Made by a program: the position numbers and the translations under genes. Below, piece after piece: positions 1 through 12,190 of a DNA stretch of 64,000 nucleotides. The DNA is from Iphione sp. A-MEVVRFRX5 (taxonomy: Eukaryota). Under the pieces are notes generated by a model. It worked only from the letters and a program-made list of their open reading frames with translations. It was not told where the DNA came from and searched no databases. Position 1 is the first letter of the stretch; the number at the start of each line of letters is the position of its first letter. The stretch spans positions 93,000,001-93,064,000 of the forward strand of contig OZ320313.1 of the NCBI GenBank assembly GCA_976226885.1, in the 5' to 3' direction.

Positions 1-835
1 TGGCTTGCCCAAAGAGGAATACCTTCCTTGATTAACGTCACATAGTCTGTATCATTCAGTAATAAATTGTTGATTTTCCAATGACCTGGCCCTTTTTTGG
101 TACCTGCGACTGTGAAAGCAGCCTGTACAAGACTATGGTCTGATAGTATGCCAGGGTTTATAACACTCTTGAAAACGCTAGGATATAAGTCTGGAGAACA
201 TAGAATAAAATCTATTCGAGAGGCTGTTCTTCTATTATGCCAAGAGTATCTTCTCAAAAAGGATGTTGTTGCCTCCATACATCAACCAACTCTGTCACAT
301 CGAGAAAATTTAAAAAAGCTTGTTGGGATTTTGTCATTTGGCCTCTCCTCCGACTGGTCTCTTTCCTGTCTAACCCTTCATCAATTACAGAATTGAAATC
401 ACCACCAACAATCCAAGACTCTTCTTGTGACTTTCCAATTAGGTTGGAGAGGTCCTCAAAAAGAGCCTTCTGACTATCCACTTGATTTCCTGTGGGTGCA
501 TATACAGATAGCAAATTATATATAACTCCTTTGATATCTACTTTGAGCCATATGTATTTACCAAGGGGTTCTGCATGACACGAAAGAATCGAGAAATTCA
601 GTTTTGGATTAAATAAGATGCCCACTCCACCAGCTTGCGCTGTGTGGTGTGCCGGGAACCACCGTCCAGGCCATTGCTTGTTCCAGAAGCGGAAGGTCTG
701 AGGAGTTGTGTGTGTCTCCTGTAGAAATATTACATCGAGATTTTTCTGTAATAATGTTTTAAGAATAGATTTCCGTTTAACTGCATTGGCAAGACCTCGT
801 ACATTAAATGTTGCAAAGCTTAAATGATCTGACAT
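1..835 (-). pseudogene. L1 ORF2 APE endonuclease with a one-base frameshift at the A5 run near 255-260
   Basis: TFNVRGL, DVIFLQETH, GGVGIL, SVYAP and GGDFN are in the annotated frame. After the shift the reading continues RRYSW...SRIDFILCS...LSDHSLV...GPGHWKIN to the window edge. Confidence 0.88.
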
Positions 836-939
836 AAGTCAGGATAGAAGGACGGAAACAGAAGAAAGAAAAGGAGTGGAGAGGAGTAGATGAGGGGGCA
901 GATATAGGAAGCAGGGGGAAAGAAGAGGCACACAGGGGA

Positions 940-2340
940 TTACGATGACATAAGTTGAGCTCTAATGTCCATCAATATTGAACCTAGGTAATTTTTACCA
1001 ATCCATTTCTCAGTATTCAACACATCCTTGTGCTGAAGGCTGAGGCCTATCCCCCAATGGGTCCGACAGGTCGCAAAGCCTATGGCTCGAGCTTCTGTCT
1101 GCATTAGGGTTTCCTTGGCCGATGAGGACAATTGGAATTTGAGGTGTAATGCTGTCTTCAGTTGCCTACGCTCATACAGGCCTTCATCATCGAGTTGACG
1201 CAGCTGATAGAGCAGATTAGCCAGATGTTTCGGATCAGAGCTCACCCCGGCCAGTCTCTCAATGTGGGGTTGTTTCTTGTCCCTGGTGTAGTTGATTACC
1301 ACGAAGTGCGTAATGGAGTAGTAGGATTCGTGGTTATGTATCAGATGGACCTCGAAGTCGTTGGAAAGCGGGCAGTCTTCTCCATTAAAGACGTATGCCA
1401 GCCCATTCTTCTTGAAGGCCAGGGATGAGGGGGTGATTGGAGACGGGAGACGATCCAGGGAATGGTAATCATAGGACACCCCATCCACAATCAGGACATT
1501 ACCTCGAAGCAGAACTTGCTTGTACTCGCGTTTCTTAGCTGCTTGAAAGGCCCTTCTTACCGCATCTCGTCGTGCTCTTAATTCGTCCGGCAGGTCTTCA
1601 CGTAGCCACAATTTCTCCGCAGTGTATGATTTCAGCTTTGTACGTGCGAGCCAGACCAGATTGCGTGAGTGCATAGAGGTGAATTTGAAAATGACTGGTC
1701 TAGCGAAGGTGGTGTCATTGCCAAGTCGATGTATGACATCAACTGTCACACCTGACAGGCCAAGTGCATTCACAAAAATTGCTTCCACTCTATCCTTCAA
1801 AGCTTGATTAGTTTCGCCTGGTGGCTCTGAGACACCATCAAGGCATAAGTTGTATCTGCGACTGTATTTTTCAACTGATAGCTGGTGTTCATGATGTTGA
1901 CCAACCATATGTGAGAGTTTTTCTAAGCGACTGCTTGTAATGACAGTGTCAGTGCCGACGCTTGCCACTTTTAACTGAACGTCTGCAATCGAGTCTTCTG
2001 CCGACTTCATTCGTATTTCTACATTATCAGTTCTCACATTTACTGCAGAAAGTTTACTGCTGACCTCTTCTATGGCTTGTAATAACCTGAGATTGTCTAC
2101 CTTTTCGGGAGATTGCTCGTTAACAGGCAGAGTAGACGCCGGAGTTGGTTCCTTCTTGCCTTGCACAATATTCGTTTTGTCAGTCGCTTGGACCTTCAAA
2201 GTGCCTTTTGATGTCTTGTCGCGGGTCCCCTCACTGTCTGGAGACCTAGGACGCTTGAGGCTCGCGTTGGTATATTCCATCGACTCCTCTGTTTGATTCT
2301 GTGTTGCCATATTGCTCGTTGTTGAGGTGTCAGACAACAT
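940..2340 (-). CDS. L1 ORF1p (coiled-coil-like region, RRM/CTD) with C-terminal NADAR/YbiA-like domain, 466 aa
   Basis: L1 ORF1 motifs RRYNLCLDGVSE, IHRLG, RPVIFKF and LWLREDLP. The C-terminus carries PLSNDF...LKTALHLKFQ...HWGIG...GKNYLGSILMDIRAQL, matching the NADAR consensus. Confidence 0.88.
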   Translation of the reverse strand: MLSDTSTTSNMATQNQTEESMEYTNASLKRPRSPDSEGTRDKTSKGTLKVQATDKTNIVQGKKEPTPASTLPVNEQSPEKVDNLRLLQAIEEVSSKLSAVNVRTDNVEIRMKSAEDSIADVQLKVASVGTDTVITSSRLEKLSHMVGQHHEHQLSVEKYSRRYNLCLDGVSEPPGETNQALKDRVEAIFVNALGLSGVTVDVIHRLGNDTTFARPVIFKFTSMHSRNLVWLARTKLKSYTAEKLWLREDLPDELRARRDAVRRAFQAAKKREYKQVLLRGNVLIVDGVSYDYHSLDRLPSPITPSSLAFKKNGLAYVFNGEDCPLSNDFEVHLIHNHESYYSITHFVVINYTRDKKQPHIERLAGVSSDPKHLANLLYQLRQLDDEGLYERRQLKTALHLKFQLSSSAKETLMQTEARAIGFATCRTHWGIGLSLQHKDVLNTEKWIGKNYLGSILMDIRAQLMSS

Positions 2341-2697
2341 TTTCCTCCTAGAGTTGGGCGGAAATACCTCGCTGTGCGCATGCGTACCACATATTGCCTC
2401 GTAAACGCTTCAAAAACCGTTCCGCCATCGGCTTCTTTCTTGAATCTTGCCTCTGGTTGTCACATTTGGCATCCACAAATTTTCCTCCTTCGTCTAGGTA
2501 GCTTCATGAGTCAGGTTGTTTCGCTCGTATTCCTCTAATCAGTTTGAAATTACCCCTCCCCGCCGAAACGGGGGAGCCTCGAAATTAACCTGCCGCCATA
2601 GTGGCGACCGCGGTCATCTCATCGTGTACTGGTGTTAGTAGGTATTTTTGGTTCAGTCAACATGGAGCGCGACTCACACAGGTGTACTCACGCTGAC

Positions 2698-2706
2698 GCC
2701 ATCTTT
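2698..2706 (-). promoter_or_regulatory. YY1-like AAGATGGC motif at the putative L1 5' end
   Basis: The + strand gccatcttt reads AAAGATGGC on the - strand, the position expected for an L1 internal promoter. Function is inferred. Confidence 0.4.
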
Positions 2707-2719
2707 GTCAATGGACAAA

Positions 2720-4100
2720 TGGACTTCTAGGACAGTCACATTCCCAGATATCCAATACCTCAGATATCATCCCAACAGCCCGATCAATGTTTCCTCAAGG
2801 AGGTCTGTAAATGAAACCTAAATGAAACAGCAAATCCGAATTCGCACCCGTAATCTTAAACCAGACGATATCTAAATCGCAATTTGAAGTGCTAATATCA
2901 CCAATCATAAGAGTTCAGTACATATATCAATAAACCTCTGTCCTTTGCATACTACCTATTTATTGTCTATAATGTGTAACCTTTTCTTTGCAACAGTGAG
3001 TTCGGGAAGTTAACATTTAACCATGTTTCACTAATAGCCAGAAATTTAGGTGAGTACCTGTGGATTATTGTGAATATCTCAATGCCTTCCTGCATAGAGC
3101 AACCATTTTGCCTCTCTAGAGTGGCAGTCTTCCTGCTTGTGTCCACATTCTTAGCACCTGTAGCACTTTGTGACCATAGATTATGGGTAGGTTATCAGGC
3201 AGCGTTCATGTAGAGTAAGGTCAATTTTGCTGAAGTAGGGTAGCTTAGTTGAGTCTCAAACTTGACAGACTATGTTGGCTTTCCATAGGAATAGATTCTT
3301 CTGGCTTGGTGATCCCATGCCACCCTATGATGTTGTAATGTGTCTCTGGTCTCAGATGAGTGCTGGCTTGTGAAATAAAGAATGTCTGCATGAAATCTGT
3401 GTTCAGTGTTGTCCCTCTTAAGTGTAGTGAGAGACTAACCCTTTATTCGGGAAGTAGGTCCCTCATATACAGAGTCTGGCTCAAAGCCTTTTATGACACA
3501 ATCAATCACCTAAATTTAGCAACAATTAACACCTTTTAATTGTTTAGTCCAGCTTGAGTCAGAATTCTTCCAATTTGAATAAGAACATCTGCAGACTTGC
3601 ACTCAGCCCTGCCTTTCAGTCTCTAGTCAGAATAGTTCTGACTCAAGACCTAAGGTTAGAGTCAACATCTTAACATCATGAGATACAGTTCTTGAATACT
3701 GAAAGCCCATTATTCCGGGTTAAGACCAAACTGCTACATGGTAACCCATGTCTGAATTTGGCCTGATCTCCTTCACAACACACCACTTCCCTCTGTAGCT
3801 CCTTTGCTATATCGAGTCTCTGGACAGTCAACTGATCTTTGGGCACCAATGTAGATGCACCCGTCTCAACCTTCCAAATTGTAGTAATCACTGTCTGGGC
3901 CAGGCTGGCAAAGGTCTTGTAAGGGTTTTGGGGGTACTCCGGATCATAGAAGACTTTCTTGCAGCAGGACTTCACAGTGGTGAACCCTTCCTCCTCATCA
4001 GTTGTTTGCTCCTCGTTCAATCTTGCAGCTTCTCCTTGGCCTTGCTCTATCACTTTTGGTTCTTGGGCCGTAGGTTCCGTGGGTGTCTTCTTATGTTTCC
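2720..4100 (-). pseudogene. Degenerate CR1/L2/Jockey-like LINE remnant: ORF1 with a CCHC knuckle plus an endonuclease fragment
   Basis: - strand translations give EEGFTTV (~3990), KCYRC*ECGHKQEDC (3124-3174), FLAISETWL (~3017-3050) and LGFIYRPP (~2800-2820). Multiple stops; it ends at the L1 5' end. Confidence 0.7.
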
Positions 4101-5299
4101 ACCAACCAGGTTCGGCCTCTGAGCTAGGTCTCTATACCAGGGGTGTATTGGTGGTGTCTACCTCTTTCCGTGGGGGTCTACCTCTTTCCGTGGGGTTGGG
4201 GACCTCTGCCCAACTGCCTCTTTGTCACTTTTTCTTACACTGTCTCCCTCGAGATGTGGTTTCCTGTCCACCTGGCCTCTGAGTCTCTGCCTTACCTCCT
4301 TTGATGTGGTTCATATTCATCTTGGGCCTCTGGGCTGCAGCCTTACCTTTCTGTGTCCTCCTCGATTTGTTACATGGTCTTCTCCTGCCTTTTGTTGTGG
4401 GGTGGTCCTGCTTTTGTTTTTCTGAGTTGCAGGCCGGCTTTGCAAGCTTTTTTCTGTGGCTTGGAGGGATAGGGGTGTAGGTTTGAGAAATAGGGAGAGT
4501 TTATAAAATGAATAAGTCTGGAATTGGTGGGGCTAGTGAGATGGGACTTTGATGAGAGAAAATTGTTGAAAATGTTGCTGGTCAGGGGACGGGGGTAGTG
4601 GAAAAGTTTGGGTGGGCTGGAGTCAGAGGGTTGGGAGATGGGTGGATTCAGCAGCTAGGATTTCGAGAGTATCTGTGAGCCGCTGCGGGCTGGACAAAGG
4701 GTGGTCGTGCTGGATTAGAGTGGAATCGGTGGATGTTGGTTCGGTGGTCAACGACCTCAGCAGCAGTAGGAATTAAGGAGTCGGCTGGCGAGTTTCCCGA
4801 GCTACTGGTGGATGGGGTAGGGGTGAGGTTGGAATGGTTCAGTCGGTCCCGTAGCCTCTGGCGGTCAGTGCAGTATATGGTGTAGAAAAGTGTCTTAAAC
4901 TGGATGAAAACTCGTTACCTGGTGTCTAACAGCTAGTTGGGGTGTGGTCAGGTATTTTGGAATGTTGTGAGGTGCGTGGGATGTGTGGGATACTTTTCGT
5001 TGCTGGGAAAATAGATTGACGTTTCTTACTGCTAGACAGATCTGTAATTGAAATAAGCAAAGAATCTAGACTGAGTAGATGGGTAGAGCAGGTGAAAATT
5101 GTGTGTATGAGGTCTTAATTGCTAGCTTATAGAGATTTCTACTCAGCTAGCAATCTTCTGGCTTGCTGGAATTCCTAGGATGTTTCAGCAGTGCTGCAGG
5201 TGCTTGCAGTAGCTGTTCTCTCGCAGGCATCCAGGAGCGAAGTGTTACAAAAGGTCTTGCTTGACAGTCATAGTTCTTCGGTTTTCCACCAGTGGCAGG

Positions 5300-5430
5300 T
5301 ACTGAGAGAGAGGCACAGAGAGAAGGAGAGGCACAGAAACAGGGGGAGTGAGAGAGAGGGGAGGAGGGAGGGAGGGAAAGAGAGAAAGAGAGGGAGGAAG
5401 AGAGGGAGGGAAAGAGGGGGAGAGAGAGGA
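5300..5430. repeat. GA-rich simple repeat
   Basis: Low-complexity gaga/ggag run. Confidence 0.9.
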
Positions 5431-5700
5431 GACCCTTTGTCCAAGGTGGACCTATTGTCAAAGGTATCTTCCTGCAAAGGTATGATGTAATACCAGGTAC
5501 GATCTAATATGATATAAAGGGGGGGGGTGAGTCAGACCTTCTGATAAAGTTAGACCCTTTGTCAAAGGTACCTTCTCCCAAAGGTACCTTCCCCTAGGGG
5601 TATGAGTGTGGTGGGGAGGGGGTGGAGGGAGGGAGGGAGGATGGGTCAGACTTTCCGACAGAGGTAGACCCCCTGTGAAAGGTACCTTCCCTCAAAGCTG
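5430..5700. repeat. Three degenerate copies of a gaccctttgtcaaaggtaccttc motif cluster
   Basis: The motif recurs near 5430-5480, 5535-5600 and 5645-5700. Confidence 0.6.
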
Positions 5701-6639
5701 GACCCTATGACATAAATTTATAGGTGAGGAGATTTTGAGGGGAAATGTGTCCTAGAGTTGAAAACTTAAGACCCGAGATGACACACTCTCCATGTGTGGT
5801 ATTACATTGTTTATGTAACTCCTATCTTACATGTACCCAGTAATGAGTGCTAAACTAAGACTGTCAAGATGCAGTATCTAATGAGAACTTGGTTCTACAT
5901 TTTAATGGCGTCACTAGAGATTGGATATCTGTCAGAGCTTTGTTCTGCATGACAATTGATGGATGACACAACAAGTTTCACATAGTTGATAAACCTGTTT
6001 ACACTAACAAAGGATATATAAGATGAGGGTTGCACATCACTTGTGGGAGTCACATTCTAAGGTCTATAAAGACTGTCCTGCACACTCAGCAATAGAGGCT
6101 TTTCAAGATGAACCTCTGGTGTGGTATACATTCTATTGTTACAAATAAGTCACTATGGAGAGTAAGCTCATTTGCTAAGAATGGTGACTCAGTGCCTGTG
6201 ATTACCAGTGAATCTGGACCCTGGACTCATAAATTCCTGGTACAATATATCCTAAGAAACTGAGGTAGTTTGGTATGTGTACTTTCATTTTCTTCTGATC
6301 TAAAAAATATCCATACAGATGAACCTCATTATAGTATACACCAAAATACTACGTACAACACTTACTACTGACAAATGGAATCCAGTACAATAAAAACACA
6401 ATATTTCATGTTTAATATAGTAGTGGCATCTAAATATTTTAAATGTAGGCACAGTAGAGTGCCAACAATAAAAAATCTCTGCTCATATCTTCCAATCCAT
6501 ATCCTGAAACTGAGACTTTGCTGCTTGTTTGCATAGTCATACACAAGAAGTGTCTAAAGTCTCAACTGTAGACTGTACCATCTTCCTGGAAATATACTGC
6601 TCATAATGAGGGTTGTTCTTTAGTGAAAAATACATATTC

Positions 6640-6900
6640 AAGGTATTTTTCGTAATATCATAATTATGATGGAGGGGCACCTTGCACCTGTGGAATTACT
6701 TGTGGGATGGTGTTGTGAACTTCCCTCACCTGTTCTGCAAAGTGTAGGAGTAGTGCCTTCTGATGATTTATATTCTCTATATTCATGGTAAGTAGATAGT
6801 TTTCCAACGTCTGAAACTGGGGAAAGGGCATTCCCACAATGGTCAAGTGTGCCATCCTGAATGATCTCTACCTCCAGTGGTTTGACCCAACTTAGTAGTA
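6640..6900 (-). pseudogene. Ty3/Gypsy-like gag N-terminal fragment
   Basis: LENYLLTMNIENINHQKALLLHFAEQVREVHNTI resembles the Gypsy gag pattern (F/L)ENY...K.ALLLH..G..V.EI..T. Confidence 0.55.
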
Positions 6901-7799
6901 CATCACTGCTCCTGGAAGTAATTGACATAGACTGACTCCCACCAGCAACACTGATACTACACCAACAGAACCCAATGATGTGGCCCTGATTAATGTAGCG
7001 TATGTAGCCAGCAGCAACTCCCTCACAACACCAGTACCTCCAATAATGACACAAATAAAATTACAGTGAATACCACATGATCGAGTTGTTGTTAAAATTC
7101 TCTTAGAAACAATGACTATATATGCATGTGGTATTATAATTCATTACAAGTTCTTATATATGCCCAGATACAGTGACAGAGAGAGAGAGAATCACTAAAG
7201 TGCTTGTTATCATTATAGTCACCTAGAATCAGTAAAATGGTGTGAAAATGGTCGTCAGTGTCCCTGCAGAATTCTGTCTTCTTATATTTAAAAACTGGAG
7301 CATTTCAGGTACTCACACAGATGCAATCCCTTAATCATAATATCCTCTCTCTTCTGCAGCAATTTAGTGTTTATCCTCATTGCCAGTTGTAATGTATTTA
7401 AGGTTAAAGAGAGAGAGAAGGAATAACAAGACTCCATTTTGGTGGAAGACAGGAAGCACTTTTATTATTTCAGTACAGTGTTTCTGGGCTAACCCAGCTG
7501 GGGCCCAGCTGCAACCTATGGCAAAGCCCACCTATAACCAAAGCCCACCTATGCCCAGCTAAACCAGTCAATTCCCAGCTGGGGCCCAGATGGGCATGTT
7601 ACATGGGTTTATGGTACATATTGTACACCCTGATTGAAGAGACATAACTAGCTGAGTAACTTTTGATGAAGTTTATTTCTGAAGGTCTGGAACACTAATG
7701 ACACAGAGGTTCCACCCGGCCCAATATTTATACAGAACTGTCACTCCGGGGGGGAGCCCCAACTTCAACTCTGGTAACACGAGTGGACTTCGCTGAGGG

Positions 7800-8130
7800 C
7801 AGAGCCCAACAATATCTTTTCCAGGTGTTCACCCTCAACACCTTTCCTGGTAGCTCCTGAGATCTCCATTATGATGTATGTTTTTATTCTGCCTTAATGT
7901 CAGCCTTACATAGTTTATGAGTGTCTGCTCTAAGACTGTCGGTGTGCATACTTTCAGTGGAGCAACTTAGTAACATGGCACAGCTGTCATCTCCACATAG
8001 ACAGTGCCTATAGATTTGTATCTTTACACTTTACAAGGAACTCTCTTTCTCAGCTTAATACTTTCTTAATTGGATGTGATATATATCTGATATAATACTG
8101 TAATTAATTAACATACTGTGTTACACCTGG
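7800..8130 (+). pseudogene. Tyrosine-recombinase C-terminal remnant (Ngaro/PAT/Crypton-like), copy 1
   Basis: HSL*VSA...HGT..SS.DSAYRFV resembles the HSLR...HGTW.SD.V..Y box. Homologous to 48060-48430. Confidence 0.5.
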
Positions 8131-8433
8131 TCCTACCAAGTCCAGAGTTGAGATCCTCCATAAGAAAAAACAGACTCTCTTTCATACTGGCACCAATGAG
8201 ATCACCAGCTCACAGACAACCAGCATGCCCCACACCTGAAAGGCCATCTCCTGCCAAAGCTACAGGAAGTGAGGGCATGACCACCAGATTGGGTTGTGTC
8301 ATAAAACCAAGGTAGAGGCTTAACCTCTAATGTGTGCCTCTTGGGTAGAATAAACCCCAAAGTTCTGAGGTAGCCTCCTGATGACAAACTTCACACACAC
8401 TTCTCCGAAGAACACCTTAAGAAGATTATAGAC

Positions 8434-9007
8434 TACAGGATAACCCCTGATTACGGACGCCCGGCCACAGCGGACGCCCCCTACAATGGACGCCCTGGCG
8501 CCAGTCCCAAGCAAAAACCCTCTATATCATGTTTAATGGCGCCCGGGCACAGCGGACACTCACGGACAATGGACACCCCTCATGTGGATACTCATTTTAC
8601 AGTCCCAAACACTCAATTTGGAGGGTCTACAGCGGACGCCCAGCCTGGAGGAGTGTCCAGACACCCTTCAGTCTGTGCGCTACTGTCACCCTACTGTCAC
8701 TACGGCTACCGCCACCACTACCACCACTGCTACCGCCACCGCTACCGCCACCGCTACCGCCACCGCTACCGCCACTTCTTTGATGGCGTCTCACCTCGGG
8801 TAGGTGTCAATCACCCTACCACAGTACACTTACAGGCCCCTCTACAGGCCCGTAGCCAAGGGGGTATCGGAGGTATCGGACGTTACCCCCAAAGAGATTG
8901 ATTACTATAGATCCTTATATGAACAGCCCGGCAACAGCGGACACCCCCGACAACGGACGCTCTGGCTACAGTCCCAAGGATGTCCGTTGTAGAGGGGTTT
9001 TACTGTA
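8434..9007. mobile_element. Tc1/mariner/pogo-type MITE with an internal (CCACCG/CTACCG)n microsatellite
   Basis: Ends TACAGGATAACCCCT...ACGGACG and CGGATGTCCGTTGTAGAGGGGTTTTACTGTA are imperfect TIRs bounded by TA. Microsatellite at ~8700-8775. Confidence 0.7.
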
Positions 9008-9079
9008 ATAACTTGATTCTCAGTCATAACTCCTAAAGACTATTACCACCCATAACTCCTAAAACTATTACCACCCATA

Positions 9080-11070
9080 GATGATATTAGTGTGAGGCAA
9101 ATGACACTATTAACACTTATACATGATAGGAGTGTAAGGTATAAGAGATGTTTAACACCTATACATGATAGGAGTGTGAAGTTTAATAGACATTTACCAC
9201 CTGTACATGATAGGAGTGTGAGGTATTTGACAAGCTAAGGACACACGTGTGATAGGAGTGTGAGGTATATGACAAGATTAGAACCCATGTGTGATAGGAG
9301 TGTGAGGTATACAACAAGATTAGAACCCATAGTTGATAGGAGTATCAGATATACAACAAGATTAGGACCCATGTAGGATAGGAGTGTGCTGCCACAGATG
9401 ATGGCTCATACTTCTATCTATGGGTGGAAAGAGTACCATATGGCTCACACTCCCATCATTTATGAGGGGTAATACTATCTTATAGCTTACACTCCTATCA
9501 TCTATGGGTGGTAATAGTTTCATATACCTTACACTCCTATCATCTATTTGTGGTAATAGTCTAATATACCTCACACTCCTATCATCTATATGGAGTCATA
9601 GACTCATAAACATCACACTCCTATCACCTATGTGTCCTAATCTTTTCATATACCTCACACCTCTATCACACATGGGTTCAAATCTTTTCATGTACCTCAT
9701 ACTCCTGTCATATCTCTGTCATAATACTGTCATATATCTCACACTCATATCATGTATAGGTGGTCAATGTCTATTAAAGCTCACACTCCTATCATGTAGT
9801 GGTGTTAAACATATCATATATCTCACAGTCCTATTGTGTATAATAGTGTCCAATAGTGGTAGTAGTGTCCATTTGCCTCACACCCTTATCACCTATTTGG
9901 GTTAATAGTCTCATATACCCCACACTCCTATCATTGTTAGGGGGTAATGCTCTCACATAGTCCATACTCCTATTATCTATGTGAGTCACTTGTCTAATAT
10001 ATCCCACACTCCTATCATCTATTTGAGTTAATAGGCTCATATAGCCCACACTCTTATCATCCATGTGGCTTAATAGTCTCATATAATATGCACTCCTATT
10101 ATTCGTGTTGGATTAATAGTCACCCATACCACAAACTCCTATCATCTACTTGGGTTAGGAGTCTCATATACCCCACACTCCTATGATTTATATGGGTTAA
10201 TTACCTCATATATCCATCACTCCTATCATCTTTTGGGCCTATTTTGTCATTTACTCCACACTCCTATCACATATGTGCTCTAATTTGTCATATATTCCAC
10301 ATTACTCTCATCAAAAGGTCCTAATCTTGTCTTACACTTCACACTCCTATCACCCATGGGCTTTAATCCTGTCATATACTCCACACCCCTATCATTGAAG
10401 GCTCCTAATCTTGTCTTACACTTCACATCCCTATCACCTGTGGGTCCTAATCTAGTCAAATACCTCACACTCCTATCACCTGTAGGTTCTAATCTTGTCA
10501 TATTGCCCACATTCCTATCACACATGGGTCCTAATCTTGTCATATACCTTGCAGTTCTATCACCTGTGGGTTGTCATGTATCTTGTCATGTATCCCACAC
10601 TCCTATCACACATGGGTCCTCATCGTGTCATATACCTCATAGTCCTATCACCTATGTGTCCTAATCTTGTCATATTCCTCACACTCCGATCACCTGTGGG
10701 TCCTAATCTTGTCATTTACCTCACACTCCTATCACACATGGGTCCTAATCTTGTCATATACTTTACGCTCCTATCCTACATGGGTCCTAATCTTGTTGTA
10801 TACCTCACACTCCTGTCAACTATGGGTTCTAATCTTGTCATACCTCACACTCCTATCACACATGGGTTCTAATCTTGTCATATATCTCACAGTCCTATCA
10901 CACATGGGTCCTAATGCTGTCATTTCCTCACACTCCTATCATCTATCTGTCCTAATCTTGTCATATACCTCTTACTCCTATCATACATGTGTCCTAATCT
11001 TGTCATATATCTCACACTCCTATCACACATGGGTCGTAATCTTGTCATATACCTCACACTGCTATGACCT
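9080..11070. repeat. ~41-bp minisatellite in two opposed arrays (9080-9387 and ~9400-11070)
   Basis: Unit gataggagtgtgaggtatatgacaagattagaacccatgtgt, followed by its reverse complement acacatgggtcctaatcttgtcatatacctcacactcctatc. Confidence 0.9.
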
Positions 11071-11074
11071 ATGG

Positions 11075-12190
11075 GTTAAAATCAAAGACCGAGGGAGATA
11101 CACAGGGGATGAAAGAAACATACAAAGAAAGAGAGGAGGGGAGATAGAGGACAAAGGAAAGGAGAGTAATAGAAAAGAAATAGAGAAATAGAGATAGTAA
11201 GCCAGAGAGGGGAGAGAAAGCCAGACAGGGAGGGAAGCCAGGACAGAGAGAGAAAGAGGGAAAGAGAGGGAGACAGAGGGAGGTAGAGAGAATTACCAGG
11301 GACGGAGAGAGGGACAGACAGGGAGGGAGACAGATAATGGGAGGGAGACAGACAGGGGCACAGAGGAAGAGGGTCAGAGAGAAGGCATGACAAAGCCAAG
11401 GAGGGAGAGAGAGAAAGACATAGATGAAAGAGGGAGAGGGGGAGAGTCTAGAAAGAGACAGAGGAAGGGAGAGAAACACAGAGTGAGGGAGCCAGAGGGG
11501 AGGAGAGGGAGAGAGGGGAGAGAGAGAGGAAGGGAAAGGTAAAAGGGGAATGACAGAGATACAAGGAGAGAAGGAGAGACAGGGACAGAGTAGGAGGGAA
11601 GAGAGGGAGGGGAGGGAATTAGATGGAGGTGCAAGGAAAAGAGAGGGAGAGAGAGGGGACAGAGGGTGANNNNNNNNNNNNNNNNNNNNNNNNNNNNNNN
11701 NNNNNNNNNNNNNNNNNNNNNNNNNNNNNNNNNNNNNNNNNNNNNNNNNNNNNNNNNNNNNNNNNNNNNNNNNNNNNNNNNNNNNNNNNNNNNNNNNNNN
11801 NNNNNNAGAGAGAAGGAGGGAGACAGAGAGGACGAGGGACAGAAAGGCAGAGACAGGGAGGAAAAGAGAAAGCAGGAGAGAGAAGATAAAGAGGAAGGGA
11901 GAGACAGGGTGGTAGAGAGTAACAGAGTGAAAGTGAGAGAATAGGAGGGAGGGAGGGAGGGAAAGCTCAAGAAATAGACAGAGAGGGCAGGAGAGAGTGG
12001 AGAGAGGGAGAGAGAGGGAAAAAGCAAGGGAGAGGAGAGAGGGGAGAAAGGAGAGAGCAGGAGGGTAGGACGAGGAGAGAGGAGAGAGAGGGGGAGGGTA
12101 GGAGAGAGAGGACAGAGGAGAGAGAGGGGAGGAGAGAGAAGAGAGGGTGAGAGAGAGGAGAGGAGAGAGGGGAGAGTAGGAGAGAGAGAG
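11075..12190. repeat. GA-rich low-complexity tract containing an assembly gap (N 11670-11806)
   Basis: Purine-rich simple sequence; the overlapping ORFs are compositional artefacts. Confidence 0.95.

Larger units (their letters stand above)
1..2710 (-). mobile_element. L1/Tx1-clade non-LTR retrotransposon, 5' part (5'UTR, ORF1, start of ORF2); continues beyond the left edge of the window
   Basis: ORF1 (940-2340) is followed by an APE endonuclease ORF2 starting at 835. A GC-rich 5'UTR begins near a - strand CAAAGATGGCG motif at ~2697-2707. Confidence 0.9.
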
